Shown here: piece after piece, positions 38,778-50,300 of the stretch
How the letters are laid out: the number at the start of each line of letters is the position of its first letter
Position numbering within the stretch: the first letter of the stretch is position 1
Assembly (NCBI GenBank): GCA_963717505.1
Contig: OY970342.1
Coordinates: 2,656,001 to 2,720,000 of the forward strand
Source: Candidatus Eiseniibacteriota bacterium
GTDB taxonomy: Bacteria > Eisenbacteria > RBG-16-71-46
Reading direction: 5' to 3'
DNA length: 64,000 bases
Position numbers and translations under genes: made by a program
The notes under the pieces: model-generated
Seen by the model: the letters and a program-made list of their open reading frames with translations, nothing else
Told to the model about the DNA's origin: nothing
Database searches by the model: none

Positions 38778-41600
38778 CTACGGCAGGACGATCCAGCGCA
38801 CGGCCGGAAGTCCGGGAGTGCGCGGTCGTGCGAAGTAGACCCCCGGTTGCCATTCCCGAGTGATGGCGGGGGTTGCCCGTGCCCGCCACAGATCGCCTTC
38901 GCGTTCCAGCGCCAGCGTCGCCAGGCGACGACCGGCGAGGTCGTACAGGTCCACCGCGGGGTCGGCCACCGCGGCGGCACTCCAGCGGAGATCGAGCGCT
39001 CGCCCACGGATCAAGGGATTGGGCCCGGCATGTCCACGGACCGGCTCGGCATCGACCGCCTCGGGAGCGTCCAACAGTACCGTGCCGTCGGTTCTCGTGC
39101 GCACCATGAAGCGCGCGTCGAGTGCAGGATAGCCGACGAAGGCGACCGAGACATCGAGAGGCCCGCGCGGGAGGACCATGGGCTGGAGTGCGTCGCCGCC
39201 GATGCCGTCGTTGATCAGCGTGCCGGCGGCATCCCAACCGCGGTCCGGATGCCACCGCCGATATCGCGCTTCCACTCGACTCTCCACCGAGGCTTCGTAC
39301 GCCAGGTGCAGGGTTCCGTGTCGGTCGGCGGCAAACGACAGCCCCTGAATCGGCAGGCCGCGGGATTCGAGGATCGTGTCTCGCGGCGAGGGTCGATTCT
39401 CCTGGGTGCGGCGATGGTACCTGAGCAGGTGGCTCCCGGGACCACTCGTGACCCAGATGACGTGCAACGTACCGTTCTCGTCGGTGGTGGCGCACAGACT
39501 GCTCGGATCGCCGCCGCCCGGAGGCGCCAACTGCATGGCCGGCGCTATCCCCGAGTCCGGATGACTGCGAGCGAACCATAGGCTCGGCGCGTTGGGATGC
39601 GCCGGGGTGCGCTGGGACCAGATCGCATGGGCTACGCCCGTGGGCGAGACAGCCACCGCCGGGAGCGAAGGGTATGCGTCCGGCGGGCTGACCGGACGAG
39701 ACCGGCCGATCGGGGAGCGATAGGTGAACTGCATGAAATGGACGCGCGCGGTGTCGGTGTCTGCGCCGAGAAAGGCCAGGCTGAGGACGCCGCGATGGTC
39801 GGCGGCAATCGCGGGCGACGTCGCTTGAGCAGGGGTGTCACCGAGCAACCGCTCGGTGGTCCAGCCACCCGCGATCCGACTCCGGAAATAGAGACGGGAT
39901 CGACCGGCGCGAATGTCGGCCCATACCACCGCCAGGTCGCCGCCTGGAAGCACGGCGAGCGAGGGCTCGAAGGCCGCGGTCGGGGCGCTGCTGACCTGAA
40001 ACCGGTCGTGCCACCCGTCGGCGCTCGACATCAGCACGATCTGGGGCCGCCCGCCCCGCCACTCGCTGCGCACCACGTAAGAGACGCCCCGATCGTCGAC
40101 GCCGCTGGTGACGGCCGGACCGTAAGAGGGAATCGGAGCGAAGGCCCCGGGAGTATGGTCGAGCGCCGTTTGCCAGTAGGGGGCGCGCACCTGGAGCCGG
40201 AATCCCATCAGGTCCGCGGGCAACCGCACGATGTCGGAGATCGCCAACTGCGTGACGGCGTTGTTGAACGTGCGCAAGTGCGGCACGGTTTCGTCGTCGA
40301 CATGGGTGCGCTGGAGGGATCCGGGCAACGGGTCGCTGCCATCCCCGCGATTGACGCCGAGGCGCAGGTCGTGATCGCCGTCGCCTTCGACCACGAGCAG
40401 GGCCGGTTCGGGCTCGATGTTGACCGAGTTCCGCGGTGTGCGGGCCCCGAGCAGAATGTCGTCCACGTGGTAGACGATCAGCCCTTCCGATGGCAGGAAG
40501 CGGTCGAAGCGGGCGCCTCGTTGGCGGTTCTCGATCAGGAAGTGCTCGGGATTCTTCTCGCCTTCGAACCACAGGTCGACGATCTTCCCGGTCGCGGAGA
40601 GTGGCTCGAGCGTCATGGTCGTGTCGCGTAGGGGCCGGATCGTCTGGTCCCAGCCGAGGAACTGGATCGGCCAGGCTCCCAGGTGAGAGGGAGACTCGGG
40701 GGAGACGCCATTCGAGCCATAACTGCCGGTTGCCATCAACGACCAGTTGCCGGGGCCGGCATTGGCAGCGCCGCCCAGGGCCGAAGTGTCGTACAAGTCG
40801 GGCAGTCCGAGGGCGTGTCCGAACTCGTGACAATAGACGCCGATCTCCGACAGGGCTCCTGAGTTCAGCGCCGAAAACTCGGGCAGGATCGAGAATCGAC
40901 TGATCAGGACGTTGCGATCGGGAGCCCCCGGGATCGTCGACGGGGTGCCGATCGGCCCGCCGTTGCGCCAGCCGCCGGTCGACGACGTGATCGACCACAT
41001 CGCGTTGCGATCCCCCGTTGCCTCTCCGGGAGCGCCGGCATGGACCAGCCACAGGATGTCCACATAGCCATCGCGATCGCGATCGAAACGATTCCAGTCG
41101 ATGGAGAGGGGCGACATGAAGACGGCGTCGCGCACGGCGCCGTACGCGTTCTCCGGCGTGTTGTTGGTTCCGACCCCGTAGCTGTTCGAGCCGTAGTAGC
41201 TCCGCGTGTTGGGAAGGGTCACGATCGAGACCACTTCGGCGATCACGCGCAGTCTGCCGCGCGAGGCCCAATCGTAGTAGTCCCGAACCGACCCAGTGGG
41301 GAATGCTCCCGTGGTGTCGAACAGGCTCGCGTTGAAGTCGGCGACGTCGTAGGTCAGAGGCTCGTCGGCAAACGCGGCCAGGATCACCGGAACGCGATAG
41401 GTTCCCGAGACCGCGCTGGTCGGTAGGCCGACTGCTCGCTCCGGAAGCTGGAACAGCCCTTCGGAAAATGCCTCCGCCACCGTTTCGGGCAGGGGCCCCG
41501 TCGCGGGAGGCATTGTGGCCGACGCCGGGCGAGCCGCCGCGAACAAGACGGCCGCTCCCAGGGACCACTGGACCATGGAGCGAAAGGTAACGATAGACAT
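38778..41600 (-). CDS. Secreted M6 (immune inhibitor A-like) metalloprotease with C-terminal beta-propeller-like region and divergent T9SS/FlgD-like tail
   Basis: Signal peptide, GSVRDYY, FDRDRDGYVD, CHEFGHALGLPDLYD, WSLMATG, EHFLIENRQ and LYDLAGRRLA...PGVYFAR. Confidence 0.9.
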   Translation of the reverse strand: MSIVTFRSMVQWSLGAAVLFAAARPASATMPPATGPLPETVAEAFSEGLFQLPERAVGLPTSAVSGTYRVPVILAAFADEPLTYDVADFNASLFDTTGAFPTGSVRDYYDWASRGRLRVIAEVVSIVTLPNTRSYYGSNSYGVGTNNTPENAYGAVRDAVFMSPLSIDWNRFDRDRDGYVDILWLVHAGAPGEATGDRNAMWSITSSTGGWRNGGPIGTPSTIPGAPDRNVLISRFSILPEFSALNSGALSEIGVYCHEFGHALGLPDLYDTSALGGAANAGPGNWSLMATGSYGSNGVSPESPSHLGAWPIQFLGWDQTIRPLRDTTMTLEPLSATGKIVDLWFEGEKNPEHFLIENRQRGARFDRFLPSEGLIVYHVDDILLGARTPRNSVNIEPEPALLVVEGDGDHDLRLGVNRGDGSDPLPGSLQRTHVDDETVPHLRTFNNAVTQLAISDIVRLPADLMGFRLQVRAPYWQTALDHTPGAFAPIPSYGPAVTSGVDDRGVSYVVRSEWRGGRPQIVLMSSADGWHDRFQVSSAPTAAFEPSLAVLPGGDLAVVWADIRAGRSRLYFRSRIAGGWTTERLLGDTPAQATSPAIAADHRGVLSLAFLGADTDTARVHFMQFTYRSPIGRSRPVSPPDAYPSLPAVAVSPTGVAHAIWSQRTPAHPNAPSLWFARSHPDSGIAPAMQLAPPGGGDPSSLCATTDENGTLHVIWVTSGPGSHLLRYHRRTQENRPSPRDTILESRGLPIQGLSFAADRHGTLHLAYEASVESRVEARYRRWHPDRGWDAAGTLINDGIGGDALQPMVLPRGPLDVSVAFVGYPALDARFMVRTRTDGTVLLDAPEAVDAEPVRGHAGPNPLIRGRALDLRWSAAAVADPAVDLYDLAGRRLATLALEREGDLWRARATPAITREWQPGVYFARPRTPGLPAVRWIVLP

Positions 41601-41696
41601 TGGGGACTCGACCTCGTCGAGTCCGGTCAACGAGGCTGTGAATGTACCACGAATCGTGAAGGCGAGGTCCAGATTGGTTTTCGGCCGTTTGCCACT

Positions 41697-42581
41697 GTGC
41701 TAGCGTCCAATCGCGTGCGCTCACCCTCCGCCCGTTCGACTCATGCCGTGGTCTCCCTGGCGACCCTCGACCTTCGGGCTCGACCGGACCATCGCAGCGA
41801 ACTGCGCAGTCAGCTCCTAATGGGCGAGGTGGTCCGCGTCGTGCGGCGGACGGCAGGGGGGCAGTGGTGGCGGGTCCTCGCCCCGCCCGACCAATACCCC
41901 GGGTGGGTTCGAGCCTGGGGACTGGTTCCCTGCAGCGCGGCCAGGGCCAGGAAGTGGCAGTCGTTTGCCCGGGCCCGGGTGGTGGCTTCCCACGCCGAGG
42001 TGCTCGGGGAGCGGCGCGGTGGGAGCGTGCTGAGTCCGGTCTGTTGGTCGGGGTGGCTGATCGCGGGGCCCACGCGTGGCGGGTTCCGTCGGGTCGAACT
42101 GCCGGACGGCCGCCGGGGCTGGATTTCGAGCAGCGCCGTGGCCCTGGGCGGTCGCCCGCCCACGGTCTACCAGAGAATCCGCAGGCTCCTCGGCACCCCT
42201 TACCTCTGGGGTGGCAGGTCGACGCTGGGTATCGATTGCTCGGCGCTGGTCCAGCTCATCTGCGCCGAGCAGGGCCTGGCATTGCCGCGCGATGCTCGAG
42301 ATCAGTGGCGGGCCACCGAGCCGCTGGCACACGGAGCCTCACCAAGTGGCGGCGACCTGGTCTTCTTTGGGGCTCGGCGAGGACCTCCGGGACACGTGGG
42401 CCTGATGCTCGGCAGCGACTATTTCCTCCATTCCCGGGGAGCCGTGAGGATCAACTCGATCGATCCATCTAGTGCTTTGTGCGACAAAGAGTTGATGGCG
42501 CAGCTCCTGGCGGTGAGGCGGATGCGCCCAGGTGCACAGACGATCAATCGTGGGAGGCCGAAACGCGTCAGGCGCCCTTGA
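41697..42581 (+). CDS. SH3 + NlpC/P60 peptidase (YkfC/dipeptidyl-peptidase VI-like)
   Basis: SQLLMGE, VELPDGRRGWI, PYLWGGRSTLGIDCSALVQ, LPRDARDQ, GDLVFFG and GHVGL. Confidence 0.88.
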   Translation: MLASNRVRSPSARSTHAVVSLATLDLRARPDHRSELRSQLLMGEVVRVVRRTAGGQWWRVLAPPDQYPGWVRAWGLVPCSAARARKWQSFARARVVASHAEVLGERRGGSVLSPVCWSGWLIAGPTRGGFRRVELPDGRRGWISSSAVALGGRPPTVYQRIRRLLGTPYLWGGRSTLGIDCSALVQLICAEQGLALPRDARDQWRATEPLAHGASPSGGDLVFFGARRGPPGHVGLMLGSDYFLHSRGAVRINSIDPSSALCDKELMAQLLAVRRMRPGAQTINRGRPKRVRRP

Positions 42582-42607
42582 CAGGGGTCTCATCCCGTCC
42601 CTAACTT
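42578..42607 (+). promoter_or_regulatory. sigma70-type promoter upstream of the OMP gene
   Basis: TTGACA-N18-TAACTT. Confidence 0.5.
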
Positions 42608-42850
42608 CCCTTCGACGAATGCCAGGATCCGTCTAGTGGTCCTGGCTTTTTCCGTGTCACCGCATCTCGCGCTGCTCCATTGCACGGAGGCAATGGGGCT
42701 TTCGCTTTGGAGTTCGAGTTCGGCTGGAAGGAGGTGGGGGCCCGGCAGGAGACGGCGGTCCAGACGACAGCTCTGGGAACATCGCCCAATGGCGGCAGAG
42801 TGGTCGATTCCTCGTGAATTCATGAGCAAAGACAAGGAGGCCTTTTCGCA

Positions 42851-44143
42851 ATGAGTTCGCATTTGAAGCGCTTCGTGGCCGCTGCGGTCCTGCTGGTTCT
42901 GCCCGCGGTGGCGTCGGCCTCGTCCTCGCGCGTCGAGGGCATGGCGATTCCAGGCGATTACATCAAGGACTATGTCGGGATCTACACCTACATCTCCGGA
43001 ATCACCGGGGTCGGCAATCTGGTCTATGGCGAGCTGGGCGATCAGCGGTTCAACTCCAGCCAGGCGACCCCCAACCCGGTCACCTCAGACCGCCAGGTCG
43101 GCGCGGTGCTGGGCAATCTGTTCGACGGCCGGTTCGGGACCTGGGGCATCCATCTGCGTGAGCAGACCACGGCCCTCGGCCAAGCGGACGCGTTCGGCTC
43201 TCCGAACGTCGGCTCATTTGGCGCCGATCCCAACACGCACACCAATCAGTCCTTCGACATCATGTGGGGGCAGCGCTTCGGGACGACCAGCATCGGGGCC
43301 CGGATCGAGCGCTCGGACTTTTCGTACGAGGTTACGGTCCCCGGCGTCACGACCACGCTCAAGTTCGACAATCCTGCGTTCCCGGGTGCTCCGCCGATCA
43401 CGCCCAACCTGGCTCGCAATGTCCTTGGGTTCCAGGCCGGCGCTGGCTTCGAGTTGAGCCCGAGCAGCACGATCGAAGCATCGATTCTCTACCAGAACCG
43501 GGACTTCGAGACCTCGGCGACCGGTGGCACGACCAACGAATCCGACGGCTCGACCAGCTGGCAGGTTGCCGGACGCATGATGTGGGAGTGGCAGCCCAAC
43601 GTCATGGTGGTTCCGGTCATCAAGTTCCACAGCTTCAACCTGGGCACCTCGACCACTCCGCCGGGCACGTCGGCCGAGAATTCGCTGAATGGTTGGCAGG
43701 CGGGCGTTGCCGGCAACTGGACGATCGGATCGAATGACCTCTTTGTTCTCGGCATGACGTTCGCTCAGAACACCTTCGAGACCCAGGAGAACACGTTTGG
43801 TCTCGCGGGATCGTTCCCTGGCGTCGCGCTCGCCGCGGATCACAAAGTCAGCGAGACGATGATGCCGGTGCTGTTCGCGGCGCTCGAGACGCACCTCAAC
43901 TCCTGGCTGACCGCCCGGTTCGGTGCGACCAAGGGCGCGTTCACGACCATCAAGGCAGAGGATGCGACCCAGGAAGCCACGCTCAGCTATTCGCCGTTCT
44001 TCATGGAGCTGGGTCTGGGGATCAAGATCGGTACGCTGCAGTTCGACGGCGTGCTGAATCCCAACTTCCCGCAGACCCTGGGCACGTTCCAGACCCCTGG
44101 ATACGTGACGTTCCCGAAGGTCACGGCGACCTACGTGTTTTAG
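42851..44143 (+). CDS. Uncharacterised outer-membrane beta-barrel protein
   Basis: AAGGAGG RBS, signal peptide ending ASA, alternating amphipathic strands and C-terminal VTATYVF. Confidence 0.75.
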   Translation: MSSHLKRFVAAAVLLVLPAVASASSSRVEGMAIPGDYIKDYVGIYTYISGITGVGNLVYGELGDQRFNSSQATPNPVTSDRQVGAVLGNLFDGRFGTWGIHLREQTTALGQADAFGSPNVGSFGADPNTHTNQSFDIMWGQRFGTTSIGARIERSDFSYEVTVPGVTTTLKFDNPAFPGAPPITPNLARNVLGFQAGAGFELSPSSTIEASILYQNRDFETSATGGTTNESDGSTSWQVAGRMMWEWQPNVMVVPVIKFHSFNLGTSTTPPGTSAENSLNGWQAGVAGNWTIGSNDLFVLGMTFAQNTFETQENTFGLAGSFPGVALAADHKVSETMMPVLFAALETHLNSWLTARFGATKGAFTTIKAEDATQEATLSYSPFFMELGLGIKIGTLQFDGVLNPNFPQTLGTFQTPGYVTFPKVTATYVF

Positions 44144-44163
44144 TATCAATCGCTTGGAAGCTT

Positions 44164-44189
44164 GGGGCGCCGGCAACGGCGCCCCTTTT
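44164..44189 (+). terminator. Rho-independent terminator
   Basis: GGGGCGCCG-GCAA-CGGCGCCCC-TTTT. Confidence 0.85.
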
Positions 44190-44256
44190 CTATTCCTTCC
44201 GCGGCACTTTGGACTCCGAACGCGGTTCTCTGGAGCCAAACCGCGGGGCAAACCGC

Positions 44257-44285
44257 TTGACAGCCCTCGGCCTCGGTACTAGCGT
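44257..44285 (+). promoter_or_regulatory. sigma70-type promoter of the TonB-receptor operon
   Basis: TTGACA-N17-TAGCGT. Confidence 0.6.
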
Positions 44286-44375
44286 AACGACTCGGTAACA
44301 AACTCGATTCGTACTCCTCAAGCCAAGGAATGGCGGTCCCCCTGGGTGTGACGCACCGAGGGTGAAGGAGGCGAA

Positions 44376-44495
44376 ATGGATTTCCGCACCAAATCCTGGG
44401 CCGCTGTTCCCTCCCCCCAGGATCCGGTTCATCCCGTTCCTGATCGACACCGGTGCCGCCACCGCATCATGCGGGTGAGCACATTCAGGCCGTGA
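44376..44495 (+). CDS. Putative 39-aa leader peptide / small ORF
   Basis: AAGGAGG-cgaa-ATG; MDFRTKSWAAVPSPQDPVHPVPDRHRCRHRIMRVSTFRP*; ends just before the receptor RBS. Confidence 0.35.
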   Translation: MDFRTKSWAAVPSPQDPVHPVPDRHRCRHRIMRVSTFRP

Positions 44496-44512
44496 AAGAA
44501 GGAGACCAACCC

Positions 44513-47349
44513 ATGCTACGCAGTGCATCCGATGCCCTGCGCCGCGCCGCGGGGGTGTTGGCGGTTGTCTTGTTCGCCGTTCCCTCGTGGGCAGGCACGA
44601 CCGGCAAACTGTCGGGCAGGATCATCAACGAGAAGAAGGAGCCGCTGGCGGGCGTCAACATCCGCATCGAGGGTCAGCGACTGGGCGCGTTCTCGGATGC
44701 CGAAGGCAATTACTTCATCATCGGCATCCCCGGCGGCAACTATCTGGTGCATGCCAATCTGCTCGGTCATGCTCCGTTCACCGCCGAGAACGTCCAGATC
44801 ATGCCCGACTTCACCACCACCCTCGACATCACCATGCGCACCGAGGCGATCCAGCAGGCCGAGGTCCGGGTCGAGGCCGAGCGGCCGCTGCTCCAGAAGG
44901 ACGCGACCGGAACGACCCGGTTCATCTCGTCCGAGGAGCTGCAGAAGATGCCGACCCGCGGCTACCGCGACGCCGCCGCGCAGCAGACCGGAATCGTCAA
45001 CTTCCGTCGCAACATCGACACCGAGTCGCAGAACGCCAACACGCTGATCATCCGCGGCGGCCGCCCGAACGAGACCGCCTACTACGTGGACGGCTTCTCG
45101 CAGCAGGATCCGCTGACCGGAACCTCGAGCACCTCGATCAGCGACAATGCGATCGAGGAAGTCGTGGTGCTGACCGGCGGCTTCAACGCCGAGTACGGCC
45201 GGATCATGTCGGGTGCGGTCAACGTGATCACCCGGGAGGGCGCCAGCAAGTACTTCGGCGCGATCGAGGCGGTTTCCGACGTCCTGGCCGGTCCCTGGAT
45301 CGGCGCCGAGAGCACCGACTACAACGTCTACGACGTTTCGCTCGGCGGGCCGGTATGGCCCGGCAACGAGAACATCAGCTTCTACGTGTCCGGCGAGCGA
45401 CGCTGGCAGCAGGACCGCAATCCCTCGATGCTGGCCGACAACTTCGAGAGCGCGCTGGAAGGCCTCGGCCTGGACTCGAACATCAAACCGGTCAACCAGA
45501 CCGGGGGTTACACGTTCCAGGGCAAGCTGGGCTGGCAGATCAACGACGCGATGAACGTCAAGGTCGGCGGGCTCGGGTCCGAGGACGACTGGCGCGAGTA
45601 CAGCCACGCCTACCTCTACAACCTGGACCACTCACCCAAATACCATGACCGGAACGTCTCGTACTTCGGGACCTACAACCACGTCCTGAGCCCGAGCACG
45701 TTCTTCAATGTCGGCGCCAACTACTTCGAGACCACGCGCAAGCGCGGGGACGGCGTCCACTTCGACAACCTTGGGGGCTACTACCGGCTCTCGAATCCCC
45801 GGTTCGACGAGGACGTCCCGCTGTTCTTCGAGCCGGGCCACGTGTTCGACGACTACCTGCAGCGCAACTCGTCGTACTACGGGCATCCAGGGCGGCTTCA
45901 CGTCCCAGATCAATCGCCACAATCAGATCAAGTTGGGCGGCGACTTCCAGCGGCACACGCTCCGGTACTTCAACCACTTCTTCCCGGTCCAGCTGGGCGG
46001 CACGACGCCGAACCTTACCGACTGGGACGGCTACGGCTACGATCTGGTCGTCAATCCCGACGGCAGCATCCGGCTGGTGGAGAACGACGATGACGCCGCG
46101 GACGGACCGAAGCACCCGAAGTCCTGGTCGTTGTTCGCGCAGGACAAGTTCGAGCGCGAGGGCGTGATCGTCAACGGCGGCCTGCGCTTCGACTACATCG
46201 ACGTCGACACCGAGGCGCTGCTCAGCGAGGAGTTCCCGCTCGGCGACCCCGACGACGTCGACAATCTGCCCGACGTGCTCGAGGCCCAGGACCTCCAGGA
46301 CAACAAGACTTACGCGCGCTTGTCCCCACGTTTCGGCGTCGCGTTCCCGGTCGACGAGCGCACGTTGCTGCGGTTCAACTACGGCCAGTTCTACCAGCAG
46401 CCGAACCTCCAGGATCTCTACGTCTCGTACCGGTTCCTGGAGCACAAGGTGCGCACCGGCGGTTACTTCGTCGGCTTCGGCAATCCCGAACCTGAAGCCC
46501 GAGCAGACGACCGCGTACGAGTTCGGCATGGCGCGGCAGATCGGCGAGCGCTCGCGCCTCGACATCACCGCCTACTACAAGGACGTCAAGGACCTGGTCC
46601 AGATCACCAACATCCCGTCGTTCCCGAACTCGTTCTCGTCGTATCGCAACACCGACTTCGCGACCGTCAAGGGCATCGACGTCGGCTTCTCGATGCGGCG
46701 CACCAACCACATCACCGCCAGCGTCAACTACAGCCTGACCTACGCCCAGGGCACCGGTTCGGTGTCGAACACCCAGCGAACATCGCCTGGACCGTCGGCC
46801 GAACCGCCGAAGCAGACCGCACCGCTCGACTTCGACCAGCGGCACAAGGTCTCGTTCAATCTCGATTACTCGCTGATCGAGAACGAGGGCCCGACCTGGG
46901 GCAACTGGAGGCCGTTCGAGAACACGAGCGTGAACATGCTCTACAACGTGGGCAGCGGCACTCCGTACACGCCGACTGACGTCTACAACGAGGTCACGCT
47001 GGCGAATGTCAACTCGAATCCCTCGGGCCCGCTGAATTCGAAGTACGGACCGTGGACCTCATCGCTCGACCTCAAGGCGAGCAAGGGATTCCGGTTCGGC
47101 GGCTCGAACATGGAAGCCTTCATCTGGGCGCTCAACGTCTTCAACACCCGCAATCCGTTCCAGGTCTACACCTCATCCGGGGCGCCCGACGTCGTCGGAT
47201 TCCTCAACACCGAACCCGGGATGGAATACCTGCAGACTGCGTCGGCCGCAGGCAAGGACGGACTGGGTATGTACCAACTGGCGGAAAACAATCCGATTGT
47301 GGTCGCGAACCCGAGGCTCGTGCGGTTCGGCATCCGGGCGAGCTTCTAG
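44513..47349 (+). CDS. TonB-dependent receptor with N-terminal carboxypeptidase-regulatory-like domain (frameshifted)
   Basis: GTTGKLSGRI, plug IRGGRPNETAYYVDG and LTGGFNAEYG..SGAVNVIT, LSPRFGVAFP, FNYGQFYQQP and C-terminal PRLVRFGIRASF. Confidence 0.9.
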
Positions 47350-47381
47350 CGATGCGCGCGTTCGTGCGCAGGAGGACAGGA

Positions 47382-50300
47382 ATGGGTATGCGCCGTTACA
47401 CCCGAGTGCTCACCGCCGTGGCCCTTGCGGTCGCGGTGGGTGCCGGGAGCGTGGCCGCGGCGACGCCGAAGAAGGGCCGTGCAGGACGGGCCAGTGTCGC
47501 GCGCCCGAACCGCGTGGCGACCACGGACATTCCCGTCGCATCGACATCAATCAGATCAACATGTTCGTCACCAACCTCGGCTCGTTCGGCGTTCGATCTG
47601 TCTGCCGGCAATGCCGGGCTCTGTCTACCCGAACGGGCACCAACCAAGACCGCGGTGTTCGCCTCGGGCATGTGGCTGGGAGCCACGGTCAACGGCGACG
47701 ACCCGCGGACTGGTCGCCGAGTACTCGCAGGAGTTCGGCCCGGGGGCGATGGTCGGCGGAACGTTCGACGATCCGACTAAGCCCGAGTACATCGTCTACA
47801 AGGTCGTTCGCTTCACCGGCACCAGAAGACACGGCGCACGTCGAGCGCGTGCCCAATGTGCAGGCGTTCGAGGACGAGCTGGTCCACCACTCGTGGAGCG
47901 AGTACATGTCGGGCGCGGCCCGCACGGCGCGCCGTGGCGCACCTACCGCCTGCCCGACACCAGCACCCCGGCGCCCGACGATTCGGTCGACGTGCCCGGC
48001 CCGGACGTGGTCGGCGACATGATGCTGTGGTGCGTCTACAACGACGCCGAATCCGACCAACCACACCAACGATGCGGGGAACTCGACCCCGCTGGGGATC
48101 GAGATCCAGCAGACCACCTTCGCGTTCAACCGCCAGGGGGCGCTCGGCCTGACGCTGTTCATCAAGTACAAGCTGCATCAACAAGGGCGGCAACACCCTC
48201 GACAGACATGTACATCTCGCAGTGGTCGGATCCCGACCTCGGGGTGCGGCCGGGTTCACCGACGACCTGGTCGGCTGCGATACGATTCCGGACAACACCG
48301 GCAAGTCGAGTCGCTGGGCTACGTCTACAACTCGACCAACAACGATCAGCGGCTACGGCAGCGACCCACCGGCGCTGGGCTACGACTTCTTCCACGGCCC
48401 GATCATTCGCAATCGCACCGCGCCGTCGACACCCTGCGGGCTGGTCGTCGTTCAACAAGTACATCAACGGCACCGATCCGGCATCGTCGGATGAGACCTA
48501 CAACTACATGCAGGGTCTCACGATCGATGGCGATCCCACCGTGGACCCGTTCGGCAACACCACGTCGTTCACGGTCGCGGGAGATCCGGTCAGTCCCGGT
48601 CCGGGCCACTGGCTCGACACGAGCCCGGCCGACCGCCGCATGATGCTGTCGAGCGGCCCGTTCACCATGGCGCCGGGGGACTCCCAGGAGATCACGGTCG
48701 CAATCGTCATCGGGCAGGGCAGCAATCGCCTGTCCTCGATCTCGGCGCTGCGGTTCAACGACGAGTTCGCCCAGGACGCGTTCGACAAGAACTTCGATCT
48801 GCCGAGCCCGCCACCGCAGCCGCAAGTGGACGTTACGGTCGACGACAGCGAGGTGACGCTGATCGTGGGACGCGGCGTCGCGCGAGAACTACGACGAGCC
48901 CGGCTACACGTTCGAAGGCTACAACGTCTACCAGGGCTCGACGGTTGCCGGACCGTGGACGCTGATCGCGACCTACGACGAGATCAACAACACCCGCGGT
49001 CATCTACGATCAGGTGTTCGACCCCGAGACCGGGCAGCTGATTCCGCTGTTCCCGGTCGCGTTCGGCTCCGACCTCGGCGTGCGCTTCACGCACACCGGC
49101 CACGCGGACGCCGTGCGCGGCGGCCCTTTGTTCAACGGGACCGAGTACTTCTTCGCGGTGACCTCGTACAGCTACAACCCGACTGGCCTGCCCAAGGTGC
49201 TCGAGAACGCGCAGGCGGTGCTCCGGGTCGATGCCGCAGAGGCCGGCCTCTGGTACCGATCTGGCGAGCGCCTCGGCCGCTGACGTGGAGTATGTACAGA
49301 AGGACACGCTCAGGCCGCCGGCAACCGATGTGGTCACCGTCGAGGTGGTGAACCCCGAGCTGGTTACCGGGAACACCTACAAGGTGACCTTCGAGCCGCT
49401 GATCCCGCCGTTCTTCGGGCAGATCGGCACCGACACCGCGACGGTGGTCAACTCGTGGTCGCTGATCGACAGCACGACCAACACGGTCAAACTCTCGGGC
49501 CAGCTCAATCGTCGCGGCGACGACGACTACCAGGTGGTCGACGGCCTCCGGGTCAAGGTCACCGGCAAGTACTTCCCGCAGTTCCAGGACGGCGTCTACC
49601 TCGAACAACGTGACCACCAATCGCCGGGCGACTGACCGGCCGTCAACTCGGGGCTGCTCGGGCTTCTTCGGTGGCGCCGGAACGCGAACACTTCTTCGGC
49701 AGCACGCTCGATCCCGCCACCCAGCCCGACTCATTCGCGACCGTCGAGTTGCGGTTCAGCAGCACAGCGACCCAGAGCGCGTACCGTTTCTTCCGTTACC
49801 AGTTGAGCGACGGTGCGCGGCGCCTCAAGGCAGTGCGTACGCGTATGGCGGTTTCCACACCTGCAACTTCCAGGCGTGGGACATCGATCAACAACGTTCA
49901 GCTCGACGTGGCATTCGTCGAGAAGCTGCTGGTCGCGGCCGACGGAACGATCCTGCCCGACTCGTCCCAGGTCGCGCGAACCGACTCGACCTGGAACCCG
50001 AGCGAGGATCCGGACGGCGACCGCGAGTACCTGTTCGTGATCCGGCAGGCCCTACGCGGACGACCGAAGCGTCCGGAAATCGCGCTCGACGGCGCACTCG
50101 CCGACGGATCGCTGCCGCATGCTGTACGCGCTCGACCGCCCAGCCTCCGGACTGCCACCGACGTCATCGACGACGGGGACGCGTTCCAGTGGATCTGGGC
50201 CAACCCGGCGATCGCCCAACGACGTCTACGTGTTCGACACCGACGCGCTGGTCGCGCGGCAACTCGACGCTGGCCACCGGCGAACATGCAACAGCATCCG

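Noticed and set aside
44286-44512. Cobalamin or other known riboswitch before the TonB receptor
   Set aside because: I could not recognise B12-box, TPP or SAM consensus elements by eye; an Rfam search was not run.
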